From Lama glama (taxonomy: Eukaryota), in assembly GCA_028534125.1 (NCBI GenBank), contig CM052818.1, positions 15,750,001-15,814,000 on the forward strand: a DNA stretch of 64,000 nucleotides, in the 5' to 3' direction. A model generated the notes under the pieces. That model ran no database searches and was not told the DNA's origin. It worked only from the letters and a program-made list of their open reading frames with translations. Of the stretch, positions 1-12,655 are shown piece by piece (the first letter of the stretch is position 1; each line of letters begins with the position of its first letter). Position numbers and translations under genes: made by a program.

Positions 1-375
1 TTACATTTTTATACAATTTTTGAAGGTTATATTCCATTTACAGTTATTACAAAATATTGGCTATATTCCCCATGTTGTACAATACATCTTTGTAGCCTGT
101 CTTACACCAAATAGTCTGTACCTCCCACTCCTTCACTCTTATATAGTCCCTCCCCCTCCCCCACTGGTAACTACTAGTTTGTTCTGTATCTCTGAGTCTG
201 CTTCTTTTTTGTTATAGTCAGTAGTTTGTTATTGTTTTTAGATTCCACATATAAGTGCTATCATACAGTATTTGTCTTTCTCTGTCTGATTTATTTCACT
301 TAGCATAATGCCCTCCAAGTTTATCCATGTTGTTGTAAATGGCAAAATTTCATTTTTATGGCTGAGTAGTATTCC

Positions 376-426
<51 letters not shown>

Positions 427-525
427 CATGTCTTTATTCATTAATCTGTTGATGGCCACTTAGGTTGCTTCCATATCTTGCCAATTATAAATAATGCTGC
501 TAAGAACACTGGGGAATATGTATCT
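1..525 (-). mobile_element. L1 (LINE-1) 3' end: ORF2 C-terminus and 3' UTR, running off the window start
   Basis: Minus ORF 238..459 ends in the L1 ORF2 C-terminal motif NEILPFTTTWINLEGIMLSEINQTEKDKYCMI; typical antisense L1 3' text (tagattccacatataagtg, ggctgagtagtattccatt). Confidence 0.92.
378..424. repeat. (TG)n microsatellite, about 23 units, inside the L1
   Basis: Perfect TG run read directly. Confidence 0.98.
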
Positions 526-1439
526 TTTCCCCACTCCTTCTAGAGGAAGGTTAGAAGAGACAGTAGAAAAGATGGAGGAACCAAGTTCCTCCAGTGGAAG
601 CAAGGGAGGCTCTGTGGGAAAGTGGGAAGAACAGAGATGTACAGAGGAAAAGTCACTGTCTACATGGGACCTATGGAAACAAAAGCTGGCTGGCCAGCAT
701 GCTGAGTATAGAGTAATGGAGGGCAGCACCCTTCCCCACTGGGATCTGTCATGCTCTTCCTCAGTTAATCTTAGAACTTCCTGTTCCATGTTGGAGTTTG
801 AGTGCCCCCACCCCAGAAGAAGGGCTTGTTCTACCCAAATGGATTCCCAGGGGCTTCTCCAAAAGGAGCAAAAAGGCTCCTGTGGGTGGGTTGTCTGAAA
901 GTTAAGGTTGAACAGACACCCTCTTCCACTTTGTAAATAGTATTTTGATACTTCTTACTCACCATCTCAGGCTTTATAGATGGAACCTGCCAAATGGAAG
1001 GGGTAGTTTTCAGTTCCTTCCCCAAGGGTAAGGGTAGGAGAAAGTTATGCATTTAAATTCACATTTCTTGAGTGACCCAGATGAACCTCTGCTCTTTGCA
1101 CCTAAATAGGTTAACTAAAAAAAGGATATTCTACCCAATTGACATACACAGAAGAAAAGATGTGACTTGGCTAAAATTTGGCATAAGAGTGTACATTAGA
1201 ACCTTTCTAACTGAAAAACTGAAAACTACTCTTGTAAGAAGTTTACTGCCTCCATGAAAATTCTGCAAAGATGTATATATCTAAAAGCACATTTTAAGAC
1301 TAGAAAAGACTTTAGAAGTTACCAAGTCTATTCCCCCCACCCCCACAGTCCCCAATTTATAAGTCCAGTCTGAACTCAGGCAGAAGATCACTCTCTCTGT
1401 TTAAATTCTGAATTTTCAGGGACTGTTTTACACTACTCA

Positions 1440-1745
1440 TATGACAGCACTTTGCACTGTTGTGAAAAACGACGACTACGTGCTAATTGTGAAAAAGCTT
1501 TTCCCTATACTGTGCTAAATCCTGTCTTTCTTTAATTTATACCAATTAGTCCTTGCCTGCTGAAACAAAGACTACTCCTCCTCTACACTGACAAATTTCT
1601 AATTTTTGAAGATGACTGGAAAGTTCCCTTAACTCCTTAGTTTTATAAGGTAAACAGCCCCATTTCCTCAATTAGCCATTCTCAAATAATTGCAAATAGT
1701 ATAGCTCCCTAATCCCTCAACATCCTGTTATGTTCCACTCTGGTT
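1440..1745 (-). mobile_element. L3/CR1 LINE fragment
   Basis: Degenerate match to the recalled antisense L3 3' region (aaaagcttttccctatactgtgctaaatc...ggtaaacagccccatttcctcaa...ccctcaacatcctg). Confidence 0.6.
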
Positions 1746-3789
1746 GCTTGCTGATTTATCACTGAGCAAAGCCAAACAAAATTGATATAATTGCATATTT
1801 TTCTAAATTTATATTAATAAGCTTTCAAACATAACTAATTTATTCTATGAAAGGTAAACATCCCCATTTTTACTTCTATATACTTCCTCTTCATATTCCA
1901 CAGCCGGCATAATGCAAGACACAAGGATGTTCAGATCCTGCTGGTTGTTTGCAAGGGGGTTATATCAAGTTTGAGGATAATAAATATTTTATAGTCATTA
2001 CCTCTCCAGGATCTGTCTCTTTTACACCTCCATCAGCTCTATAGATTCTGTCACTTTCCTCAAGAGAAAAATCAATACTAGAAAGTAATCAATGAGAAAG
2101 CAACAAATTTGGTGCAGACCAAGAAACACTGAGTTTTTTTTTAATAAAAGTATGGTTACAGGAGACCTCCAAATTTCCCCTAGAGGATATTGAACATTTT
2201 CCCTTGATTTTAATTTAGGCTGCATTCCCACTAGAAATTCTACTTAATTAAGGTATTTGTTAAAAGTCCATAATGTTAATTCAATGGAAGAATTCTAACA
2301 GTAGTCTATTAGATTTTTTTGTGTTAACATTGCACACTTTTTGGAAATACATTAAATAGATACTCTTATTAAAAGTTATATTATAACTATCACAGTCCAA
2401 TTCTCTATTTCAAACAGCAACATTACTTTTATTCTTAATTATTCAACAACAGGCTATAAATGTACAATTCATTTAGAAGTTATTTAGCATGCTGTGCACT
2501 TACTTGGCTGCTATGACAGAAGAATTAGTGCACATTTTCTCAACAGGAAATGAAGATATAACTTGATTTTGAGTTCAGTAACTAGGAGGATGATTCTTCA
2601 TCTTCTTTATTATCATGGTATAAAATGCACAAACCTATAGCATGTCTTAATATCACCAAAATAGAAGGATATTTATGAATATTCTTATCTTGGGCATTGT
2701 AGGGAAAAATTATTTGAATATATGACCCTATATTCAACTTTCCATATAAATATTTTGATATTCAGATTAGTAATGACATGCCTGGCTCCCTAATTCTAGT
2801 CTCAGTTTTTTAACCTTACCTCTAATCAATTCTAACTACAAGCTCACATGTTTATATTTATTTATTAGTTGTACATATTTACTACTCTATTAACATACCA
2901 TGATAAAAAGAGCAAACATTGAAAATTTAAAGAATGTGATAAACATGAAATAAAGAATATTTTAAATGCTTTTGATTTTTACTTATTATTGGTACAAGTT
3001 GTTCTGTCCTTACAGTTGGTGACAACATTGTGGTTGAACAGTGTGATTGACTATGTCCTTCTTGATAAGATTAGCATCTTATTTACTCATCATTTGGCTA
3101 CAGAGATCTCCTATACTAACAGCAGAAGTGCAGTCTGTGATTTTCCTTCTGTTTACTTATGCTTGCATTGTTCTTTCATTTTCATTAAGAGTTTCTTTGC
3201 AGAAACTTATTTTAGGAGAGTTAGTTTAATTAAAATCTGATAGTATAATCCATAAATCTATTTTGCCAGGCTGATGTGAGATCACAGTGTATTCTATGAT
3301 GTAGAAAGTAAACAAGGGCAAAAAGGAAAGTCTGGATTGAGAGCCATGAATCTGTATTTTTAAATGAATTCTCCAGATGATTCTTAGTTTTCAAACCACA
3401 CTCTGAGATACTACTTCAGTCTCTGGAATCAACCAAAACTTTAACTCAAGAAGTCTCAAGTTAAGTGCTTGGGTATCTCAGCACCAAGGCAAATTTGTTT
3501 ATCGTCTTGGATTGATTTCACTCTTCAATATTAATAAATGGACTTGTTTCCCTTCCACATGAAGCTAAACATCAATCCACTATCTTAGTCTAACAAGCAG
3601 CTCTTCCTAAGGTTTTTAACCTTTATTCTGTCCTCCCTGATGCTGACCGCAAGTCTGGCTGGATCACCACATATTATCTATTGCCTACTTTCTGTATTCT
3701 GCAACCTCTCCCACTTGCTGATCTTCCATGATGCTCTGGACCCCACCCACCCAACCACCATCCTACATTAAGGTAGAAAAGAAACCTAA

Positions 3790-3995
3790 CATGACTTGGG
3801 TGTCTAATGTGTGTAAGATATGATTTTAGGCATTTACATTGATTATCTTAAGTAAGTTTTATAATGATGCTAATAGGTAGGTGTTCTTATCCCAGTCTTA
3901 AATGGGAAAAAATGCAGACTCAGAGAGCTTAAATAACATAAGGTCAGACAGTAAGTGGCAGAGACAGTGTCCCTGATTTCAAACTCTTTGTTCTT
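3790..3995 (-). mobile_element. MIR SINE
   Basis: MIR core-like: cttatcccagtcttaaatgggaaaaaatgcagactcagagagcttaaataacataaggtcagacagtaagtggcagag. Confidence 0.7.
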
Positions 3996-4329
3996 TCTAA
4001 GACACTATCCTACCTTCCCATCAATCTTTCCCTACCTGGACAGTCCTAAAACCCACTAAACTATGTACTCCTTTCAGCCCTTTCAACAATAACAACAAGC
4101 TCCTTTCCAATATAATTCTGAAATTAAAAGATAAAAATGCTGGTAACAGAGAAATCTTCTATCTGTGAACGTAGGTACTATACATTAGATATATCACATT
4201 TACTTAGCCATTCTGAAAATTTAGAATGAGATTGTGATAAATACACATCTCTTGAAAATGCAATGAAAGTCAATCTCTTTACCACTCTTAAATGTGGTTA
4301 TCTCACAATAGTAACCAAAACAGTAAGTA

Positions 4330-4525
4330 AAGTAGGAGAAAATATCACAGGTTTTAAGTTAGCAAAGTTGAATTCAAATCCACTCATGACTTAACCTAAG
4401 TAAACCTAAACAAGTTATTTTACTCTACAAATTAAAAAATCATTTCCTGTAAAATGCAGATTAGAGTGTTATTGTAGGGATTAAATGATAGCATATCTAA
4501 AGAAACTAGGATAACTAACAATAGG
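4330..4525 (+). mobile_element. MIR SINE, degraded
   Basis: ttgaattcaaatcc...aacaagttatttt...ttcctgtaaaatg...ttgtagggattaaatgatag. Confidence 0.55.
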
Positions 4526-5269
4526 AGGCATGTTTAGAAAAAGAGTCAAGGGCATGGGAGAAGATTAATAACAACAATATATAAAATGCTGACTTGATAT
4601 TATTGCCATTACTGTAAAAACATGGAAATTATTGGTCATTTTAATCAGTGCTTGACTAGCTCATGTTCAAATACTGAGATACTTATATCTATTTAGATAT
4701 ATCCTCTTTACTGATTTCTAAGTATAAATTAGAAGAATAAATTATAATACTCTCCTTCCTTTAAAGAAAAAATAACCCCTTGTGGCTTCATGCTTTGTGT
4801 TTAAGATTTTTTACAACCAATATATGAGCTCCTGGATAACTTAAGAAATAGAATCCTTTCTCTTTGCCCTCTATTTCACTGCATGCACAGGACCTATTTT
4901 CATAACCAAAAGAAGAAGGGACAGTCAGCAGAAACACTGATTGGAAGCATGCTTAGAAAAAGAGTCAAGGGCATGGGAGAAGATTGATAATTAGCAGCAG
5001 GTCCTGGGAAAAAGCGAGACCAGGGTCTGGAGAGAATTGTCAGGAATCAGTAATGAGGACTGGGTCCACAAACAGAATGTAGCACATGGTTAAAGTTGCA
5101 AAACATAATCTGTATATAGTGCAAAGAAACCAAGAGCTTATTATTAGTAGGTACTGACTGTGTCATGGGGACAGGCACGTTATTTGAATAGAGTGAAAAG
5201 CTAGACCCTGCAAACAAACACACGCATACACACATACTCACCATTTACTATTGAAATAAAAGGACCTTT

Positions 5270-6374
5270 GGAACTAATTAAACTTACAAGCTTTTGCACA
5301 GCAAAGGAAACCATTAGCAAAACAAAATGACAACCTTTGGAATGGGAGAAAATATTTGTAAAAGATGAGACTGACAAATCTCCAGAATATATAAGCAGCT
5401 CATACAACTTAATAACAAAAAACAAACAACCCAATCCAAAAATGCGCATAAGACGTAAGCAAGCAATTTTCCAATGAATGATCAATAGGCACATGAAAAA
5501 ATGCTCAATATCACTAATTATCAGAGAAATGCAAATCAAAACTACAATTAGGTATCACCTCACACCAGTCAGAATGGCCATCATTCAAAAGTCCACAAGT
5601 GATAAATGCTGGAGAGGCTGTGGAGAAAAGGGAACGCTCCTCCACTGCCAGTGAGAATGCAGTTTGGTGCAGCCATTGTGGAAAAACAGGACGGAGATTC
5701 CTCAAAAGACTAGGAATAGACTTATCATATGACCCAGTAATCCCGCTCCTGGGCATATATCCAGAAGGAATCCTACTTCAAAAGACACCTGCACCCCAAT
5801 GTTCATAGCAGCACTATTTATAATAGCCAAGACATGGAAACAGCCTAAATATCCATCGACAGATGACTGGATAAAGAACTTGTGATATATTTATACAATG
5901 GAATACTATTCAGCCATAAAAAACAACATAATGCCATTTGCAGCAACATGGATGTCCCTGGAGAATGTCATTCTAAGTGAAATAAGACAGAAAGAAAAAG
6001 AAAAATATCATATGATATCACTCGCATCTGGAATCTAACAACAACAACAAAAAGACGAAGACAAATGAACTTAAATATAAAACACAAACAGACTCACAGA
6101 CATTGAATACAAACTTGCACTTGCCGGGGGGAGAGGGATGGGAAGGGACAGACTAGGAGTTCAAAGTTTGCATACACTGACGGATATATATAGAACAGAT
6201 AAGCAAGTTTATACTATATAGCACAGGGAAATATATACAAGATCTTGTGGTAGCTCACGATGAAAAGTAATGTGAAAGTGAATATATGTATACTCACGTA
6301 TGACCGGGAAATTGTGCTCTACACCAGAAATTGACACAACATTGTAAACTGACTATAACTCAATTAAAAAAAAC
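5270..6374 (+). mobile_element. Young 5'-truncated L1 (ORF2 3' part, 3' UTR, A-tail) with a 16-bp target-site duplication
   Basis: ORF2 C-terminal remnants (ORF 5599..5808 ...YDPVIPLLGIYP); 3' UTR ends caccagaaattgacacaacattgtaaactgactataactcaattaaaaaaaa; flanks aaataaaaggaccttt (5254-5269) and aaataaaaggactttt (6375-6390), 15/16 identical. Confidence 0.95.
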
Positions 6375-6899
6375 AAATAAAAGGACTTTTAAACATCATT
6401 TAAGCAAGATAATCCAAATATTTGCTTCACAGAGCTCATAAAAGTATGATTTTTATCAAGTTGCTTGTTTTCACTTACATGTTGCTGTGATTCCTGTGCT
6501 TTATCATTGTCTATGATTTACAGGATTAAAGTAACTTGACTGACTCCTGCTGTGTGCCAGTCCTCCTTTCAGGCACTACACTTCTGTTTTGTAATTGATG
6601 TTGCTACAATTATGATATATGTATTCCTTTTCTGTTCTCCCACTTATATTGATGAAATAGAATGAAAGATTTCTTGACTTGCCTGAAGCCACACGAGCTA
6701 GCAAGTTCTGATGGAGCCCCAAACCCATCTTCTGTTAAATGTTTAATGTTTCTAAATATATTTCTGTATTATAAAGAAAAAGCATATTTATAGTAATATA
6801 TATCAGAATTAAAATGAAAATCCAAATAGGTGTATTTTTGAGAGCAAAGATGCTCTATAATAATACAAAAACAAGAGGAAAGATCCAGGACTCTAAAAC

Positions 6900-7440
6900 C
6901 AGGACAGCAGATTATTCCACCAAATTATTCCAACAATCCCTGTTCTTTCTGCATTGTGACTTTGCTACTACTCCCACCCATTCTTCCCTCCCTTTTAATC
7001 TGGGCTGGGTCTTTGACTTGCTTTGGCCAAAAATGTGACAAAAATGACATTCTATGATTTTTGGTTCTTGGACATGAAAGATCTTGAAACTCCCATTTTT
7101 GTCTTCTAGGATGAAAGCTGCCATATAAAGATGTTTGGGCTATCAAGCTAAAGATCCTGCAAGATAAGAAGAGAAAGATCACATGGAAGTGAACTAAAAG
7201 ACCCACGTAATTGATCCCACTAGCAATCCAAGAAGAAAGATGCCCAGGCATTCCAGACAGCTCCCAGTCTTTTGGGCCATCCCAGCTGAGACATCAGGCA
7301 TGACAATGAGGCCATCTTGGATCCTCTGATCTAAATGAAAGTTGACCTAGGTGACATCATGCGGAGCAGAGGTGAGCGATTCCTACTAAGCTCCATCTGA
7401 ATGTCTGAGACTTAGAATCACAGTCACAATGTCTTGGGGT
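6900..7440 (+). mobile_element. MaLR LTR, MLT1G/H-like
   Basis: gactttgctactactccc...ttttaatctgggctgggtctttgacttgctttggccaa...ggccatcttgga motifs typical of MLT1. Confidence 0.7.
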
Positions 7441-7631
7441 TCTTTTATTTCTTTTGAGGCCAGCTCAAACCCCACTTCCTCCTTGATATTTTTCCCAAAT
7501 ACTCCAACTTATTTTGAACTTGTTTTCATTGGCCACATTTAACCCTCTACTTTGTATGATATAACGTTTATGTCTCTATATATGTTTCATTTAGAATACA
7601 AATTAGCTGCAAGTATAATGTGAGGGAGTAT

Positions 7632-9062
7632 TTAAACAGAAGACAAGGCACTATAACCTTTTAGAAGAAAGCATAGGCAAAACATCATCTGACATAAATC
7701 TTAGCAATGTTCTCCCAGGGCAGTCTACCCAGGCAGTGGAAATAAAAGCATAACCAATATAAAATATATAAACAACTGCATATTGTATAGCACAAGGAAC
7801 TATCTCAGTATCTTGTAGCAACTTATGGTGAAAAAGAATATGAAAATGAATATATGCATGTTCATGTATGACTGAAGCACTATGCTGTACACCAGAAATT
7901 GACACAACATTGTAAACTGACTATACTCCAATAAAAAATAACATATATATAATTTACAAAATAAACAAATGGGACCTAATTAAACTTACAAGCACAGCAA
8001 AGGAAACCATAAGCAAAACAAAAAGACAACCTATAGAATGGGAGAAAATATTTGTAAAAAATGAGACTGACAAGGGCTTAATTTCCAGAATATATAACAG
8101 CTCATACAACTTAACAAAAAACAAATCCAAAAATGGGCAGAATACCTAAACAAACAATTCTCCAATGAAGACATACAAATGCTCAATAGGCACATGAAAA
8201 AGTGCTCAATATCACTAATTATCAGAGAAATGCAAATGAAAACTACAATGAGGTTATTACCTCACACCAGTCAGAATGGTCACCATTAAAAAGTACACAA
8301 ATGATATACACTAGAGAGGGTGTGGAGAAAAGGGAATTCCCTACACTGTTGGTGGGAATGTAGTTTGGTGCAGCCACTATGGAGAATGTTATGGAGATTC
8401 CTCAAAAAATTACACAGACTTAACATATGATCCAACAATCCCATTACTGGGCATATACCCAGAGGAAACTTTAATTCAGAAAGATACATGCACCCCAATG
8501 TTCATAGCAGCACTGTTTTCAATAGACAAGACATGGAAACAACCTAAATGTCCATCGACAGATGACTGGATAAAGAAGTTGTGGTATATTTATACAATGG
8601 AATACTACTCAGCCATAAAAATCAAATAATGGCATTTGTAGCAACATGGATGAACCTGGAGATCATCATTCTAAGTGAAGTAAGCCAGGAAGAGAAAGAA
8701 AAATACCATATGATATCACTCACACGTGGAATCTTAGAAAAAGATAAATGAACATTTTACAAAACAGAAACAGACTTATAGACATAGAAAACAAACTCAT
8801 GTTTACCAGAGAGGGAAGAGGACAGGAAGTGATATATTGGGAGTTAGAGATTTGCAGATGCTAACTACTATATGTAAAACATATAAACAGCAAGTTTATA
8901 TTGTATAGCACAGGGAACTAAATTTGACATCTTGTAGTAATCTATAATGAAAAAGAATATAAAAACAAATACATGTATGTACATGTATCACTGAACTATT
9001 ATGCTGTACACCAGAAATTGACATAACATTGTAAACTGATTATACTTCAATTGAAAAAAGAG
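7632..9062 (+). mobile_element. 5'-truncated L1 (ORF2 3' part and 3' UTR), carrying a nested L1 3' end
   Basis: Continuous ORF2 3' homology and a 3' UTR ending cattgtaaactgattatacttcaattgaaaaaag; probable degenerate TSD aaattagctgcaagtataat (7600-7619) and aaattggctgaaagtagaat (9064-9083), 17/20 identical. Confidence 0.93.
7751..7957 (+). mobile_element. Short L1 3' UTR terminus inserted into L1 ORF2
   Basis: Interrupts the host sequence gaaataaaagca|aaaataaacaaatgggacctaat; carries the L1 terminal motif gctgtacaccagaaattgacacaacattgtaaactgactatactccaataaaaaa. Confidence 0.88.
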
Positions 9063-9334
9063 AAAATTGGCTGAAAGTAGAATATACAGTTTAAATGGCT
9101 TACCCACATAGAAATTTACTTTTTTCACCTTACCAGGTCTGTGAAGATAGGAGGTGACTGGCATTTGTTTAGCTTCTTAACAAAGTCAGACAAAACATTT
9201 TTCAGTTCTCTTAACCTCTTCCTCATGCTCACAAGCCTAGACACAGCCATTACAACATCATTCAATGAAGGAAGAAAAATAGTATCAACTATGTCCCTCC
9301 ATTTTTTTGTCAATATCTACATCTTTCCCTTGAG

Positions 9335-9460
9335 TGACTTCATTCTTTTTTATGTGGAAATCCAGTTTTCCCAGGATCATTTTTTTTTTCAAGACTAGGC
9401 ACCCTTCTTTCCTCGTTGTCTGGTCTAGGCAATCTTGTCTAAGATCATGTGCCCATATAT
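9335..9460 (-). mobile_element. Small old L1 ORF2 fragment
   Basis: ttcattctttttatgtggaaatccagttttcccaggatcattt...cttgtctaagatca is antisense L1 ORF2. Confidence 0.65.
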
Positions 9461-10109
9461 ATAAGTTAGAAATGTGTCAGTGTATTATTTTCCAAGTATA
9501 TCCAACTGTATAGTAGAGGTAGACAAAGAAGAGACTAGAAATCTCCTGAATGTCATATGAAACATCCTAGAGAGTCTGCCATAATTTCTACCACAATAAT
9601 GACTCAATACAAGCAAATTATAAGCATGAAATACATGCTTTTTTCCATCAATGAAAAAATGGCAAACTACTACTTTGCCTCCAAAGCAATACTGTGAAGT
9701 AGTCTGAATACAGTCAATGACATGGACAGTTCCAGAAAATTATCCATTTAATAATAATAAAGGCAAAGGCTAAGGAAGACCAAAATTTATCATGCATCTT
9801 TCCCCAGTGAGCTCATATGGAGAAAGGGAGTAGAGAGAATGTGTCATTAAACCACAAAAACTACATAAACCAAATTATAAAGTTAACAAAATAACAGAGC
9901 TAAAGACAGAACACTATTACATGACTATTCACAAGGGGAAGTCAGGGGAAAGAAAAACATCACGAATGAATTTAAACTTAAAAAAAATCTAATGTTTCAA
10001 AAACCAAGGGACATAGTCAAAACAATGAAACAACATTCTACTAGAGAATATAACAAGGAACATGACTGATAAGCTATTGCCTAAGTTAAACACATTCCTT
10101 TCTCAGCAA

Positions 10110-12250
10110 TAGTCATCTCTATTTCTCTAACATTAGGAACAAAACAAGAATGCCCATTCTCACTATTTCTCTTTGACACAGTACTAGAAGGCCTAGCCAG
10201 AGCCATCAAGCAAGAAAAATAAAAGTGGAATATGGCACTTTCTTGGAATATGGCGCCAAAGTAAAAAATAAAAATAAAAATAAATAAAAATAAAATTTGA
10301 AAGTAAAATTATTTTCTTTCATATATGTTCTTATCTGAGAAAACCCTTAAGATTTCAGACACCAAAAAATTGTTAGAATAAATGAATTCAGCAAATTTTC
10401 ATGATACAAAATAAATACACAAAAATCAATTGCATTCCTACATACTAACAAAGAACAATCCAAAAAGGAAATTAAGAAAATAATTTCATGTATCATAGCA
10501 TCAAAAAGAATAAAACACTTAGAAATAAACTTAATCAAAGAGAGAAAAGACTTGCATGCTGAAAACTACAAGACAATGCTGAAAAAAACTGAAGACACAA
10601 ATAAATGGAAAGACATTTTGTGTTCCCAGATAGGAAAACAATATTTTTGTTAAGGTATCAATACCACACAAAGCAATCTACAGATTCACTGTAATCCCTA
10701 TTAAAATTCCAATGGCATTTTGGGGCAGAAATTTAAAAAAAAATCAAGTTTATATAGAATCTCAAGAAACCTCAAATAGCAAAAACAATCCTTAAAAAAC
10801 AAAAAACAAACCGGGACGCCAAACAAGTCCTAATTTCAAAACCTATAATAAAGCTACAGTAATTGAAACAGTGTAGTACTGACAAAGAAAGATATTTAGA
10901 CCAATCGAACAAAACAGTCAGAAATAAATCCTCACATATTATGATCAAATGATCTTCAGTAAGGTTGCCGAGACCATGCTATGGTGAAAGGATAGGCTCT
11001 AACAACCGGTGGTAGGAAAACTGGGTGTACAACATGCACAAGCACAACAATTAAGTTGGATCCTCACCTTACAACACACATAAAATTAATTCAAAATGAA
11101 TTAAAGACCTAAACAGAAGGTCTAATATGATAAAACACAGGGAAAAAGCTTCATGACATTAGACTTGGCAATGATTTCTTGGAATATGGCACCAAAGTCA
11201 AAGGCAACGAATGCAAAAAACAGACAAATGAGGTAACATCAAACATTAAAACTTCTACATATCAAAGGAAACAATACAGTGCAAAGGTAACCTAGGGATT
11301 GGGAGAAAACATTTGCAAATCATTTATCTGATGAGAAGTTAATGTCCAGAATGTATCAAAAACCCATATAACTCAACAACAAATAACAATAATCTGATGT
11401 ACAAATGGGTAAAGTACTTGAAAAGACATTTCTTCTAAAAACATATACAAATAACCAATAAGCCTATAAAATGATGTTCAACTAATCATTGGTTAGTGAT
11501 AATAGTACTAATTATTAGAGAAATGCAAATCAAAACCACAGTGAGATGTCACTTTAGACCCACTGGTTAGCCACTATAAAAAAAAAATAATAAAATGACA
11601 AATGTTGGTAAGGATATGAAGAAAATTCAAACCCTGTGCACTGTTGGAGACATATAAAATGGTGCAGTCACTATGGAAAACAGTATGGAGTTTTCTCAAA
11701 AAATTAAAAATAGAACCACCATATGGATCCAGCAAACTCATTTCTTTTGGTTATATATTTTAAGGAATTGAAAGCAGGATCTCAAAGAGCTAAATGCACA
11801 TCCATGTTTATTGTAGTTATTCTCAATAGCCAAGATATGGGAACAACCCAAACATTCTTTGACAAATGAATGGATCAAGTGTGGTATACACACACAATGA
11901 AGTATCATTCAGCCTTGAAAAAGAAGGACTTTCTGTTACATGCTTCAACATGGATGAACCTTGAGAACATGGTAAATGATATAAGCTAGTCATGAAGACA
12001 AATACTGTATGATTCCACTTACATAAGTATTCTTAAATAATTGAATGCATAGAAACAGAAAGTAGACTAGTGGTTGTCAGGGGCTGAAGGGAGCTGGAAA
12101 TGAGTTGTTCAATGGGCAGAGTTTCAGTTTTGAAAAATGAAAAAGTTCTACAAGTCTGTTTTGCAACAGTGTGAATATAGTTAACACTGAATATGATGAA
12201 AATGGTAAATTTTCTGTTACATATTTTTACCACAATTAAAACTAAACAAA
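10110..12250 (+). mobile_element. Older L1 (L1MB-like), from the ORF2 RT region to the 3' UTR
   Basis: RT-region motifs (ggaacaaaacaagaatgcccattctcac; aaatacacaaaaatcaattgcattcctacatac), ORF2 C-terminus, and an L1MB-type 3' UTR (agtttcagttttgaaaaatgaaaaagttcta...ttttaccacaattaaa); many indels. Confidence 0.92.
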
Positions 12251-12534
12251 AGAATAGTCATCTATATTTTATCTATATTGTGATCCTACCTTAGCATCAC
12301 AAAACCATCTTGAGGAAAATAAATTCAGCTCCCTCTTCCTACATCACACCTATGGCAACTATCTAGAGGTAAGTTATTACCTTTAGAATTAACTTTTCAT
12401 GGAGTTCACCTTCATTAACAATTCCATTTGAACTCTTTTCTCAGTATGACCCACCTGTATCATAATGACAGATTTCCCTGTAAATATTAGGCTCTTCTCT
12501 TCCTCAGGCCACAAACTTGCATTAAAAGCTAAGC

Positions 12535-12655
12535 AGGGAGAGAGAGAGAGAGTAGGAGAGAGAAAGAGGAAAAGAGAGAGGAAGAGAGAGGAAGAGGAAG
12601 AGAGAGAGAGAAAGAAAGAATGAAAGAAATAAAGAAAGGAAGGAAGGAAGGAAGG
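12535..12655. repeat. Polypurine compound microsatellite (GA)n/(GAAA)n/(GGAA)n
   Basis: About 120 bp that is almost entirely purine on the + strand. Confidence 0.95.

Noticed and set aside
494..898. 134-aa plus-strand ORF
   Set aside because: Begins inside an antisense L1, has no recognisable domain or convincing exon structure, and overlaps a similar-length antisense ORF; consistent with chance.
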